Of a stretch of 64,000 bases of DNA, positions 8,806 through 19,078 are shown piece by piece. The notes under the pieces are model-generated. The model worked only from the letters and a program-made list of their open reading frames with translations. It searched no databases and was not told the origin of the DNA. Numbering within the stretch: the first letter of the stretch is position 1; each line of letters begins with the position of its first letter. Made by a program: the position numbers and the translations under genes. This DNA is from Candidatus Phycocordibacter aenigmaticus (GTDB lineage Bacteria; Patescibacteriota; Minisyncoccia; Phycocordibacterales; Phycocordibacteraceae), in the NCBI GenBank assembly GCA_045401115.1, contig CP174359.1, forward strand, positions 483,247 to 547,246, written 5' to 3'.

Positions 8806-10161
8806 TTATTTAATGCGTACGGTTTCTCCTGCCTTACGTCCACGTATGTCTGTAACAATAAATTCATCACCAAGGAGCCCATGTACCGTAATACCATGAG
8901 CAACCACAAGTGATGTTTCAACAGGGATTGCTTCAAGAGTGTTGTCGGCGGTAACTACAAATACAAAAGCTCCGGTTGGGGCGTACTTTACACTTGAAAG
9001 TGGGAGTACATAAGTGTCGCTTGAGTTTGTTTGAGCACTTTTGATGCGACACACATCATTTCCTGCAGAGAGTACATCTCCAATTGATGCATTACATGAG
9101 AGAATAGTGCCAGGCACTCCGGCTTGTACGATTGTTTTTTGATACGCAGCAAGCGCAACTTCATATGCTCCCTGTGCTTGCTTCACTGATGCTTGCGCAG
9201 CGGCGAGTTCAGTATTTTCTGCACCCGCCACTCCTTCTTCAAGATTTTGCGTTGCAGTTTCTAATGCTGTACGTGCTGAAGTTATTGCGGAGAGTGTAGA
9301 TGTGAGCGCAGTACGTGCATTTGTCGCCGCTACTTTATAGGATGCAATATCTGCCTCAGTTACCGAACTACTAGTGATGGCTTCGTTAAGTGATGCAATA
9401 AGTGCATCAATAAAAGTACGTGTTTGACGAGTTTCTATTTCAGCACTGTTCAATTCTGCAATGAGATTTGCGCTGGTAGAAATATCAGATGAAACAGTTG
9501 CTTGTCGCGTAAGTACTTGAGTTAGAAAAACGCGCTGGTTTTCAATATTAATACGTCTTTGGTCATTGCTTGTGGTAAGAGATAAATTTGGCGATGTGCT
9601 TTCTGGATTAGAAAACATTTGATCAGCAGTATCGCGAATAGCACTGTCAATAGTTGCGTACGCCGATAAAAGTGTGTTTACTGCGCCACTTTGCGCTCCT
9701 CTGAACGACGCTTCAAGAATAGCAATTTTTTCGGACCGTGGTCCTGATTGAGTTTTTTCAAATGATGCTTCTGCGGCTTCTAACGCGCCTTCTGCTTGAA
9801 GTAGCGCTGCACGTTGTGATGCATTTTCAAATCGAGCTATTGTAGTGCCGCGCGATACACGTGTCCCTGGAGTAAGCACAGAGAGAATTTTCCCGCTCGT
9901 TTCTGCACGTACGATAGTTTCTGAACCGCTATGTACGGTACCTTGTGAGCCCTGAGTATATTCAGAGACAGGAATTAAAGTTACGAGTGGAGATTTTTCA
10001 GTAACAGTGACTTCATCAGTTGCTGTGTTGGGAGCAAAAAACACAAAACCAACACTTGCAATAATAAGTACACTCACTATTCCGGCAACCCATGCGCGTT
10101 TTGTTCCAAGGCCTTTTAAAAATAACCATAATTTTGGCAAAATACTTAAAACATTTTTCAT
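8806..10161 (-). CDS. RND periplasmic adaptor / HlyD-like membrane fusion protein
   Basis: N-terminal TM, lipoyl half-motifs around long Ala-rich coiled coil, LPLSSV..GAFVFVV C-terminus; adjacent to RND permease. Confidence 0.85.
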   Translation of the reverse strand: MKNVLSILPKLWLFLKGLGTKRAWVAGIVSVLIIASVGFVFFAPNTATDEVTVTEKSPLVTLIPVSEYTQGSQGTVHSGSETIVRAETSGKILSVLTPGTRVSRGTTIARFENASQRAALLQAEGALEAAEASFEKTQSGPRSEKIAILEASFRGAQSGAVNTLLSAYATIDSAIRDTADQMFSNPESTSPNLSLTTSNDQRRINIENQRVFLTQVLTRQATVSSDISTSANLIAELNSAEIETRQTRTFIDALIASLNEAITSSSVTEADIASYKVAATNARTALTSTLSAITSARTALETATQNLEEGVAGAENTELAAAQASVKQAQGAYEVALAAYQKTIVQAGVPGTILSCNASIGDVLSAGNDVCRIKSAQTNSSDTYVLPLSSVKYAPTGAFVFVVTADNTLEAIPVETSLVVAHGITVHGLLGDEFIVTDIRGRKAGETVRIK

Positions 10162-10169
10162 AATCTAAT

Positions 10170-10424
10170 TTATTTAATAGTATTTAAAAGTTCACGAATA
10201 ATAGCAGCTTTCCCTGTTGCGTGTTCAGCAATACGTTCCAAAGTCTCAAGTTTTGCAGTAATCAACACATCTCCAACTTTAAAGGAAAAAAGAGTATCTC
10301 CTTTTTCAATTGTAAGTTCTTTTCGGGTTTTTGCGGGAATGACTACTTGCCCGCGCTCTCCGACGGTCATAGTACCGCAAAATTCTGGTTTTGGATGTTC
10401 GCTATCGCCACATGAATTGTTCAT
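10170..10424 (-). CDS. AbrB/MazE/SpoVT family DNA-binding protein
   Basis: TVGERGQVVIPAKTRKELTIEKGD motif. Confidence 0.9.
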   Translation of the reverse strand: MNNSCGDSEHPKPEFCGTMTVGERGQVVIPAKTRKELTIEKGDTLFSFKVGDVLITAKLETLERIAEHATGKAAIIRELLNTIK

Positions 10425-10513
10425 CGAGGTCTAGCCTATCATTATCTGATTTTTCATACAAGTATGATTTTTTTGTGGAGACAGTATATATGCGCATGGT
10501 ATACTCACCGCAT

Positions 10514-10759
10514 ATGTTTAAGAAAATGAAAAATATGGCACTGCGTGCCATGATGGCAAAACAATTAAAAGGGATGCCAAAAGAGATGCAGGATAAAATG
10601 ATTGCTATGGTTGAGAAAAACCCTGAATTTTTCGAAAAAATGGCAAAAGAGATAAAAGCACGTACTGATCGTGGCGAAGATCAAATGATGGCAATGCAGG
10701 CTGTGGCTAAAGAGCATCAAGCAGAGCTTCAACAAATGATGTTGAGTCAAGAAAAATAA
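10514..10759 (+). CDS. Small Met/Lys-rich hypothetical protein
   Basis: MFKKMKNMALRAMM..EKNPEFFEKMAKEI; extended -10 TGGTATACT 8 nt before ATG; terminator follows. Confidence 0.75.
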   Translation: MFKKMKNMALRAMMAKQLKGMPKEMQDKMIAMVEKNPEFFEKMAKEIKARTDRGEDQMMAMQAVAKEHQAELQQMMLSQEK

Positions 10760-10784
10760 TTACTTGTAAACTGAGGTATAGCAT

Positions 10785-10817
10785 ATAGAAAACACGTCTT
10801 AAGTACGTGTTTTCTAT
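10785..10817 (+). terminator. Intrinsic terminator-like hairpin
   Basis: ATAGAAAACACGT-N7-ACGTGTTTTCTAT. Confidence 0.7.
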
Positions 10818-10905
10818 TTACCAGAAATAAATTCTTACCTATAATAATAACGTGTGCTGACGATGTAAGCGCAATTAAAAATATTAATGTATCTTCAATA
10901 ATCTT

Positions 10906-11055
10906 ATGGCTTTTACTGAAATGACTCAAAAGGTTGAAAAATGGGCGCCACGGGTTGCAATAACTGGACTTGTGGTACTTGCAGCGGTAACGCTTGCGAT
11001 TCCTGTCGCAGAGGGAGTCTTTGGAATAGATTTAGAGCTTCCAGATAGTGAATAG
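10906..11055 (+). CDS. 49-aa single-pass membrane micro-protein (MAFTEMTQKVEKWAPRVAITGLVVLAAVTLAIPVAEGVFGIDLELPDSE), not in ORF track
   Basis: Hand translation; clean hydrophobic helix; GC-richer stretch in an AT-rich spacer. Confidence 0.6.
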   Translation: MAFTEMTQKVEKWAPRVAITGLVVLAAVTLAIPVAEGVFGIDLELPDSE

Positions 11056-11174
11056 AATGTAAATTCTTTACGATATACGTAACTATCTTCAGTAACTTTT
11101 TTATCTTAAACACGAGAGAGATTTTATTTATACCCGTAGCCTTTATATGAGTTTTAGCTTATACTCCATTTAAT

Positions 11175-12275
11175 ATGGATTTAAGTATTGGAATCGTAGG
11201 ATTACCAAACGTTGGGAAATCAACGTTATTTAATGCGCTTACCGAAAAAACAGTGCCTGCAGAAAATTATCCTTTTTGTACCATTGATCCCGCAGTAGGT
11301 ATTGTGGCGGTACCTGATCCACGTTTAAAGGCATTGGCAGATATTTCCCATTCACAAGAAGTTATTCCCGCGGCTATTGAGTTTGTTGATATTGCCGGAT
11401 TAGTAAAAGGTGCCTCAGAAGGAGCAGGACTTGGTAATCAGTTTCTCTCTCATATCAGAGAGGTAAACGCTATCGCGCACTTGGTACGTATCTTTGAAGA
11501 TGGTGATATTTCTCATGTTGAAGAGGGTGAACTTAACCCAGTGCGTGACATTGGTATTATCAATCTTGAACTTGTGCTGGCTGATATGCAGACAGTGTCA
11601 AAGCGTTTACAGAGTATTGAGCGCGATGTAAAACGGGGTGATAAAGTTGCAGTGCTTGAACATGAGGCCCTTGCAAAGATTGATGCAGTGCTGTCCGCTG
11701 GTGACTTGGCACAAACTGCTGATCTTTCGGAAAAAGAGATTGAAGCAGTAAAGCAGCTCCACCTTATTACTATGAAGCCAATGATGTATGTACTTAACCG
11801 AAAAGCCGGTGGACATAATTTAGATGAAATGAACAATGAGCGTTGGCAGGAACTAAAAGATTTTTTAGATGGGTTGGACGCAGAATACGTAATGGTGGAC
11901 GCTGCGATTGAAGGTGAGTTGAAAGACGTGGCACACGAAGAAAAAGAAACGCTTCGTCGTGAATTTGGTGTCCATGATAATGGTGTTGATGCACTTATTC
12001 AGCACGCATATTCATTGCTTGGACTTATGAGTTATTTCACGAGTGGTGAAAAAGAAACGCGTGCATGGACTATTGAACGTGGGTCCACTGCACCTGAAGC
12101 AGGAGCCGCAATTCACTCTGATTTTGAAGACAAGTTCATCCGTGCACAAGTAGTGGCATACGATAAATTGGTAGAAGCAGGAAACCTATCGAATGCACGT
12201 GACAAAGGGTGGATGCGCACTGAAGGAAAAGAATATATCGTACAAGAAGGGGATGTTATTGAGTTTAAGATATAA
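11175..12275 (+). CDS. ychF: Redox-regulated ATPase YchF
   Basis: GLPNVGKST, NYPFCTIDP, DIAGLVKGAS, C-terminal TGS domain. Confidence 0.98.
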   Translation: MDLSIGIVGLPNVGKSTLFNALTEKTVPAENYPFCTIDPAVGIVAVPDPRLKALADISHSQEVIPAAIEFVDIAGLVKGASEGAGLGNQFLSHIREVNAIAHLVRIFEDGDISHVEEGELNPVRDIGIINLELVLADMQTVSKRLQSIERDVKRGDKVAVLEHEALAKIDAVLSAGDLAQTADLSEKEIEAVKQLHLITMKPMMYVLNRKAGGHNLDEMNNERWQELKDFLDGLDAEYVMVDAAIEGELKDVAHEEKETLRREFGVHDNGVDALIQHAYSLLGLMSYFTSGEKETRAWTIERGSTAPEAGAAIHSDFEDKFIRAQVVAYDKLVEAGNLSNARDKGWMRTEGKEYIVQEGDVIEFKI

Positions 12276-12283
12276 TACTCACT

Positions 12284-12514
12284 ATGTCGCTTAAAGTAGG
12301 GATATACCGACATTATAAAGGTGGGGAGTATAAGGTGCTCTGCATTGCAAAGGGGCAGTTTAAAGATAGATATGATATGGAAGATATGGTGGTGTATGAA
12401 GCGCTAGAAAACAACACTCTTTCTCAATACTGGGTACGACCTCTGTCTGAGTTCACTGAAGAAGTCGTTATTGATGGCGTACGTGTACCGCGGTTCTCTT
12501 TCCAAGGAGTATAA
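12284..12514 (+). CDS. DUF1653 domain protein
   Basis: GIYRHYKGGEY..WVRPLSEF..VPRF. Confidence 0.9.
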   Translation: MSLKVGIYRHYKGGEYKVLCIAKGQFKDRYDMEDMVVYEALENNTLSQYWVRPLSEFTEEVVIDGVRVPRFSFQGV

Positions 12515-12560
12515 AAAGAAGCACATATTTTTACTATATAAAACATGATAAAGTGAAGTT

Positions 12561-13094
12561 ATGAATCAAGAGAACACTTTTAAAGGGAAAAATATTATTA
12601 AATGGGCACTTACTATTGGCATTGCTATAGTGCTTAATATCTTTTTTGCGGTAGCGATTCAAACTGTTACTCCCGCCCCTGAATTTAATGATTTCTGCGA
12701 GCCGCAACAGGTACGGGACTCTATTGATACACAGGAAGAATGTGTCGCTATAGGAGGGCAGTGGAATGAACATGCGCCAAAACTTGAGAATGAACCTGCT
12801 GGGTATTGTAATGAGAACTTCACGTGTTCACAGCAGTACCAAGACGCACAGGAAGAATATACGCGGAATATATTTGTTGCGCTTGTTGTACTCGGTGCAC
12901 TCTCGCTTCTTGCTGGATATTTCCTCCGTATTTCACCTGCAGTTTCCGCCGGTCTCTCCTACGGTGGTGTCTTAACATTCATTATCGCTACTATTCGGTA
13001 CTGGGGAGAAGCGGGTGATATTTTGCGGTTGGCGATAGTTGCCTTTGCGCTTATTGCGTTAATCACTATTGGAATCAAAAAGTTCAGTGAGTAG
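12561..13094 (+). CDS. Hypothetical membrane protein with 4-Cys extracytoplasmic loop
   Basis: Four TM segments, loop with four Cys. Confidence 0.75.
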   Translation: MNQENTFKGKNIIKWALTIGIAIVLNIFFAVAIQTVTPAPEFNDFCEPQQVRDSIDTQEECVAIGGQWNEHAPKLENEPAGYCNENFTCSQQYQDAQEEYTRNIFVALVVLGALSLLAGYFLRISPAVSAGLSYGGVLTFIIATIRYWGEAGDILRLAIVAFALIALITIGIKKFSE

Positions 13095-13115
13095 CAGTAG
13101 ATACATTCATTTAAA

Positions 13116-15563
13116 ATGGACCGATACGACCACACCGACATAGAGAAGAAGTGGCAAAAACGCTGGGCGGAAGCGGGGGTCTACAACACCGAGGAAAATT
13201 CTAATAAACCAAAAGCGTACGTGCTGGATATGTTTCCGTATCCATCCGGAGAGGGTCTTCATGTGGGACACCCGAGAGGGTATGTCGCCACTGATGTGTA
13301 CTCACGTATGAAGCGTATGCAAGGTTACAACGTGCTTCACCCTATGGGGTGGGATGCATTTGGTCTTCCTGCAGAAAATTTTGCGATAAAAAACAAAGTG
13401 CACCCACGCGAAGCGGTTGAAAAAAATATTGCACGTTTTAAAGAGCAACTTGCGCATATCGGTTTCGATTATGACTGGAATCGGGAAATTAATACAACCG
13501 ATCCCGAATACTATACGTGGACGCAGTGGATTTTTTTGAAGTTATACGAAAAAGGTCTTGCGCATGAATCCTATGAGCCAATAAATTGGTGCCCTTCATG
13601 TCAAACAGGTCTTGCAAATGAAGATATTGAAAATGATGGCACCTGTGAGCGGTGTGGTGCACTTGTTGAAAAAAAACCAATGCGGCAATGGGTTTTGAAA
13701 ATTACTGATTATGCAGACCGACTGCTCGCAGACCTAGAGACTTTGAATGAGTGGCCTGAACACATTAAAGAAGCGCAGCGTAACTGGATTGGAAGGAGTG
13801 AAGGTGCTGAAATAAAATTCTCTATAAAAGGGAGTGATAAAAGCATCGCTGTGTTTACTACACGTCCTGACACGCTGTTTGGTGCAACATACATGGTTCT
13901 TGCGCCTGAGCATCCACTCGTTTCTGAACTTGCTATTGAAAATCGTGATGAAGTAGATGCATATGTTCAGAAAGCTGCTCATAAGAGTGCTATTGAGCGC
14001 GCTGCAGAAGGAAAACAGAAGACAGGGGTGTTGCTTAAAGGAGTGAACGCAATAAACCCTGCCAATAATGAAGAGATACCTCTATATATAGCTGATTACG
14101 TTCTAGCCGAATATGGCACAGGGGCAATCATGGCCGTGCCAGCGCACGATGAGCGCGACAAAGAATTTGCAGAGATTATGAATCTCCCGATTCAACCTGT
14201 CGTGTTACCTTATGATTTACTACAAAAATATTCATCAGAGAGTGAACAAGCTGGGCAACAGTTACTTATAGAAAAATTTAAAAGTGGAGAATTTGTCCAC
14301 GCTGTTTCAGGAGAAGGTATTTTAATTAACTCAGGCGAATTTGATGGACTTGAGGGAGATGAAGCTAAACAAAAAATCACCGAACACGTAGGTGGTCGTA
14401 TGACCACAACGTATAAAATCCAAGATTGGGTGTTTTCTCGTCAGCGTTATTGGGGTGAGCCGATACCTATTATTCATTGTCAAAAATGTGGTGCGGTGCC
14501 TGTTCCTGAAAAAAATTTACCGGTTATATTGCCTGACGTGGAGCAATATGAACCAACAGGTACCGGCGAATCACCATTAGCTAACATTGAGGAGTGGGTA
14601 AACACATCATGTCCAAAGTGTGATTCGCCTGCAAAACGAGAGACCAATACAATGCCACAGTGGGCGGGTTCTTCATGGTATTGGCTTCGGTTTATGGATC
14701 CTTGTAATAATGAAGCGCTTGTAACAGAGAAAAAAGAAAAACAATGGGGACCAGTTGATGTGTATGTTGGCGGCGATCACGCTGTCCGCCACCTTATCTA
14801 TGCGCGTTTTTGGCATAAGTTTCTTTACGATATCAATGTAGTGCATACTATCGAGCCTTTTGCTCGTCTTGAGTTTCTTGGATTTATTCTCGCTGAAGAT
14901 GGTCGAAAAATGAGTAAACGGTGGGGGAACGTTATTAATCCTGACGATGTGATAAAGAATGTTGGGGCGGACTCGTTCCGTATGTATGAAATGTTTATAG
15001 GTCCGTTTGAAAATGCTATTGCGTGGTCTACTAACGGATTAGTTGGGGTGCGAAGATTTTTAGAGCGAGTATGGCGCCTTGCTGATGAGCTACAAGACTC
15101 CCCGGTAGAGTCTATTGAGGTAACCCTTAACCAAACCATTCAAAAAGTGAACACTGATATCGAGCATTTTAAATTTAATACCGCGGTATCGCAGATGATG
15201 ATTTTTGTAAATGAGGCTGAAAAAAAGGGAATTAGCAGAGCTCAGTATACTAGTTTTTTGAAACTACTCGCTCCTTTTGCGCCTCATATGGCTGAAGAGC
15301 TTTGGGAGCGATTGGGAAATGACTTCTCAGTGCATACGGCTCCATGGCCCGAGCATGATCCCAAAAAGGCTATTTCTGAAGAGGTGAAAATCGCGCTTCA
15401 AATAAACGGAAAGACGCGTGGGGCAATCTCGGTACCACGAGATTCCAGTGAAGAGGAGGTTATTGCGCAGCTTAAGATAAACGATAAAACGGCGCGGTAC
15501 ATTGATTTTGAGCCACGAAAGATTATTTTCGTCCCGAACAGAATTATTAATTTTATTCATTAA
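13116..15563 (+). CDS. leuS: Leucine--tRNA ligase
   Basis: MFPYPSG, HVGH, CP1 editing TTRPDT/GTGAIMAVPAHD, KMSKR. Confidence 0.98.
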   Translation: MDRYDHTDIEKKWQKRWAEAGVYNTEENSNKPKAYVLDMFPYPSGEGLHVGHPRGYVATDVYSRMKRMQGYNVLHPMGWDAFGLPAENFAIKNKVHPREAVEKNIARFKEQLAHIGFDYDWNREINTTDPEYYTWTQWIFLKLYEKGLAHESYEPINWCPSCQTGLANEDIENDGTCERCGALVEKKPMRQWVLKITDYADRLLADLETLNEWPEHIKEAQRNWIGRSEGAEIKFSIKGSDKSIAVFTTRPDTLFGATYMVLAPEHPLVSELAIENRDEVDAYVQKAAHKSAIERAAEGKQKTGVLLKGVNAINPANNEEIPLYIADYVLAEYGTGAIMAVPAHDERDKEFAEIMNLPIQPVVLPYDLLQKYSSESEQAGQQLLIEKFKSGEFVHAVSGEGILINSGEFDGLEGDEAKQKITEHVGGRMTTTYKIQDWVFSRQRYWGEPIPIIHCQKCGAVPVPEKNLPVILPDVEQYEPTGTGESPLANIEEWVNTSCPKCDSPAKRETNTMPQWAGSSWYWLRFMDPCNNEALVTEKKEKQWGPVDVYVGGDHAVRHLIYARFWHKFLYDINVVHTIEPFARLEFLGFILAEDGRKMSKRWGNVINPDDVIKNVGADSFRMYEMFIGPFENAIAWSTNGLVGVRRFLERVWRLADELQDSPVESIEVTLNQTIQKVNTDIEHFKFNTAVSQMMIFVNEAEKKGISRAQYTSFLKLLAPFAPHMAEELWERLGNDFSVHTAPWPEHDPKKAISEEVKIALQINGKTRGAISVPRDSSEEEVIAQLKINDKTARYIDFEPRKIIFVPNRIINFIH

Positions 15564-15619
15564 ATAGGTTCCCACCTTGTGTTATAAAGAATAAATAACC
15601 AATTACTATTTCGCCACGG

Positions 15620-15643
15620 TGTGGATAACTCCACAAGTTGACG
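15620..15643 (+). promoter_or_regulatory. DnaA box upstream of a TTGACG -35
   Basis: TGTGGATAA at 15620-15628 (reverse complement TTATCCACA); TTGACG 15638-15643. Confidence 0.55.
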
Positions 15644-15708
15644 CTATATGTATTTTATGATATAAGATATATAGTATTTAGAGCAAAAAACAAAAAGATC
15701 GTAAAAAA

Positions 15709-16731
15709 ATGAGCACTATAAACTTTAAACCGAAAACAGTAGTAAAGCGCCTTATACAGGTGCTTCCTGAGCGTTCGCGTGATGTTATTACCGCGCGATA
15801 TGCACTCAATGGTCAAAAAAAACCAGAAACACTTGATGCAATCGGAAAACGTTACGGTGTTACTCGTGAACGTGTACGCCAAATTGAAAATCACGCGGTG
15901 AAATTGATTCAGGAATCTGAAGTACTTCTCGCTGAAGCGGAATCATTCGGTGCACTTGAAAACGCTATTCGCGATCTTGGCGGTGTCTTAACTGAAGACA
16001 TGATTATTGATACGCTTGCACAGGATGATGATTCAAAGAATCATCTCTACTTTCTTCTTGTTGTTGGCCACCCCTTTAAGGTAGCAAAGGAAGACAAAGA
16101 TTTAACAAAACGTTGGTATGTCGATGGTGAAATTGCTCAAGCCGTAGAAAGTGCTTTAAAAGAAGTGCATAAAAAAGTTCGTCCGTCTGACGTGCTTTCG
16201 GAAAAAGAATTAGTGACTCATGTGAAAGCCTGTCTTGATCGTGTGAGTGCCAAATATCGTGAAGGCGACACAATTTTACGTTGGTTAGAGTTATCGCGAT
16301 GTCTTGTTCGTAATCCGCTTGGTGAATGGGGTCATGCTTCAGCTCCTGGTATTAAAGTGAAGAATATTCGAGATTATGCATATCTTGCAATGAAACGCCA
16401 AGGTTCTCCAATGCATTTCAGAGAAATTGCAAAAGCAATTAGAGAGCTTTTTGGGAAAAAGGCACATGAAGCAACGACCCATAACGAACTCATTAAAGAT
16501 GATCGCTTCGTTCTGGTTGGGAGAGGAATGTATGCGCTCTCTGAATGGGGATATCGGACTGGACCAGTAGCAGAGATTATCGAACATATTCTGAAAGAAC
16601 ACGGACCTCTTTCAAAAGATGAAGTACTACAAAAAGTAAAAGAGGAACGTTGGGTAAAAGACAATACAGTGTATGTGAATCTACAAAGTCCTCGGTTTGT
16701 AAAAAAAGGAGGTAAGTATTCACTTGCATAA
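15709..16731 (+). CDS. Sigma-70 region 4 / HARE-HTH (RNAP delta-like) domain protein
   Basis: TLDAIGKRYGVTRERVRQIE sigma r4 HTH; PMHFREIA..HNELIKDDRFVLVGRGMYALSEW winged helix; no sigma region 2. Confidence 0.8.
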   Translation: MSTINFKPKTVVKRLIQVLPERSRDVITARYALNGQKKPETLDAIGKRYGVTRERVRQIENHAVKLIQESEVLLAEAESFGALENAIRDLGGVLTEDMIIDTLAQDDDSKNHLYFLLVVGHPFKVAKEDKDLTKRWYVDGEIAQAVESALKEVHKKVRPSDVLSEKELVTHVKACLDRVSAKYREGDTILRWLELSRCLVRNPLGEWGHASAPGIKVKNIRDYAYLAMKRQGSPMHFREIAKAIRELFGKKAHEATTHNELIKDDRFVLVGRGMYALSEWGYRTGPVAEIIEHILKEHGPLSKDEVLQKVKEERWVKDNTVYVNLQSPRFVKKGGKYSLA

Positions 16732-16740
16732 TATTGCATA

Positions 16741-16770
16741 TAAAAAGCCTGTGTAAGAACAGGCTTTTTA
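16741..16770 (+). terminator. Intrinsic terminator
   Basis: AAAAAGCCTGT-GTAAGA-ACAGGCTTTTT. Confidence 0.8.
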
Positions 16771-16839
16771 TTATGAAGCGCTCCAGTGTTTCATTCCATA
16801 CTATAAGGTGATTTGATGCTACTATTTGAGGTAGAGAAT

Positions 16840-18060
16840 ATGTTTTGGCGTATTGGAATTATTTCGCTTGTCTTAGTGATACCGTTTAGTATTTGGCTTG
16901 CACCAGGTTTTGTTGCCGTGGCAACAGAGTGGGTAGTATTCTTTGCTCCACTTTGGTTACCACCGCTTTTACTTATCATTACCATACCGCTTTGGCTTAC
17001 TTATGTGCGTTCACAGTATGCATACCATATCCCATATACAGTTCTTGAACTAAAGCCTGGCGATAAAACACTGGAAACTGCACACGCAATGGAGCTTGTA
17101 TTATATTCACTCCATCGACGCACTGAACTGTCTCGGATTAAAGCTTTTTTACTTGGTGAATTTCGTGTGCCATGGAGTTTTGAAATTACCGCTACTGCGG
17201 GAACAGTACGTTTTTTTATGCGTATTCCTCGTGCGCATCGGCAGGCGCTTGAAATGCGAATTCGTTCCGAATATAAAGATATTGATATTGATGAAATTCG
17301 TGATTATGCACGTGTCACACACTTTGACGCAACAACTATGAAATTAAGTGCCCGTGAGTATGCGCTTACACAATCTGATCCGTATCCCTTGAAAACATAT
17401 GATATGTATACTCCCGACAACCATAAAAAAGATATCCCGCCTTTTTATGATCTTACTAAACAACTTCTTTCGGTAGGGGAACAAGAGTATCTATACATAT
17501 CGTATACAGTCCGTCCGCACCAATTAACAGAAAAAGCCTTTTGGCGACAAGAATCCGACACGCTGCACCGCGATGCGCAATTCGAGATTACTAAACTACT
17601 TGGTGCCGGGGGTGATATACGTTCGGCCAATGAACGAGTGCAAAAACAAGTTGCTGCAATCGAGACTGCACTTAAAAAGCCAGCATTTGATTGTGGCATC
17701 CGTGCACTCTATTTTGCCGATAAGACACGTTTTAATGATAGTCGAGTTCAAACGCTTGATACATTATTCGATGCTTTTAATGACACTGAGTTAAACAGTT
17801 TAGTTGCGCATAATCCGCGTGAATATATCACATGGCCACTTTCTGACATATTTAATGCAGTACCTTTTTTATACGAAAATTATATGCATTACCTTTACCG
17901 CAGACGTGCTTTTTTCGCACCACCACATTATGGAAAAACATTTGTTTTAAATACCGCTGAGTTGGCAACACTTTATCATGTACCGCAAATGCGACGTGCA
18001 AACACGCTTTCGCACGCGAGCGGTAAACGCCTTGAGCCGCCTGAAAATTTACCTGTATGA
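16840..18060 (+). CDS. Conserved hypothetical membrane-anchored protein
   Basis: Two N-terminal TMs, WSFEI..VRFF, LNTAELATLYHVP, EPPENLP end; resembles domains seen beside VirB4/TraD-like ATPases (inference). Confidence 0.7.
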   Translation: MFWRIGIISLVLVIPFSIWLAPGFVAVATEWVVFFAPLWLPPLLLIITIPLWLTYVRSQYAYHIPYTVLELKPGDKTLETAHAMELVLYSLHRRTELSRIKAFLLGEFRVPWSFEITATAGTVRFFMRIPRAHRQALEMRIRSEYKDIDIDEIRDYARVTHFDATTMKLSAREYALTQSDPYPLKTYDMYTPDNHKKDIPPFYDLTKQLLSVGEQEYLYISYTVRPHQLTEKAFWRQESDTLHRDAQFEITKLLGAGGDIRSANERVQKQVAAIETALKKPAFDCGIRALYFADKTRFNDSRVQTLDTLFDAFNDTELNSLVAHNPREYITWPLSDIFNAVPFLYENYMHYLYRRRAFFAPPHYGKTFVLNTAELATLYHVPQMRRANTLSHASGKRLEPPENLPV

Positions 18061-19028
18061 GGAAAGAACTATTAACAAAAAAAACTAAATTTTATATAAA
18101 ACTATTTGGTTTTTTAGGTTTTTTTATGTCACTGGTTTTTTATGCGGGGTTTATAAAGCCACCACTTGAGTTTCCTGTTGAGCACTACAGTGTCGTTGAA
18201 GAAGGTGCGTCAGTACGTAGTGTCGCAAACGCACTTGAAAATGAAAACATTATTCGCTCATCATTCTTTTTTACCATTCTCGTACAATTATTTGGTGACA
18301 GCAACGGAGTGCGATCCGGAGTGTATCACTTTGATACACCGTCACATATTTTTCAAGTAGTTACTCGTTTAAACCAAGGTGTTTTTGGTGAGGATGTGTT
18401 TGTACGAGTCACCATTCCTGAAGGGGCGACGGTTATTGATATCGCGGTTATCTTATCGGAAACAATACCTGATTTTAACGTGGAGCAGTTTACAGAACTT
18501 GCAAAAGAGCATGAAGGATATCTTTTTCCTGATACATATCTTTTTGCTCCTGGCGCAAGTGCGGAAGCAGTGATTGCAGCAATGCGAGATAATTTTGATA
18601 CTAAAATAGAAACCATTTCAGAAAAAATTAGTGTGTTTGGAAAACCGCTGGGAGAGGTGGTGATTATGGCATCTCTGTTAGAAAAAGAAGCACGACAATT
18701 TAAAACCATGCAAATTGTTGCAGGTATTTTATGGAATCGTATTTCCATTGGTATGCCCCTTCAGGTTGATGCAGTATTTGGTTATATTTTTAATACCAAA
18801 ACATTTAGTCCTACATTTGATCAACTAGAAACAGATTCTCCGTATAATACGTATTTATATACAGGGCTACCTCCGGGACCAATTGCAAATCCCGGCTTAG
18901 CAGCATTAGAGGCAGCAGTTACGCCTCAAGACGTGCCGTATTTGTACTACCTGACTGGTAGTGACGGCACAATGCATTATGCAGAGACGTTTGAGAAACA
19001 TAAAGCAAACCGGCGTTTCTTACGATAA
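18057..19028 (+). CDS. mltG: Endolytic transglycosylase MltG
   Basis: VTIPEG, EGYLFPDTY, ASLLEKE, SPYNTY..GLPPGPIANPG. Confidence 0.95.
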   Translation: MRKELLTKKTKFYIKLFGFLGFFMSLVFYAGFIKPPLEFPVEHYSVVEEGASVRSVANALENENIIRSSFFFTILVQLFGDSNGVRSGVYHFDTPSHIFQVVTRLNQGVFGEDVFVRVTIPEGATVIDIAVILSETIPDFNVEQFTELAKEHEGYLFPDTYLFAPGASAEAVIAAMRDNFDTKIETISEKISVFGKPLGEVVIMASLLEKEARQFKTMQIVAGILWNRISIGMPLQVDAVFGYIFNTKTFSPTFDQLETDSPYNTYLYTGLPPGPIANPGLAALEAAVTPQDVPYLYYLTGSDGTMHYAETFEKHKANRRFLR

Positions 19029-19078
19029 TCGCTTATGAGTCGTTTTGCACAGTGTTCACTGCGCGGTACTATACTCTT

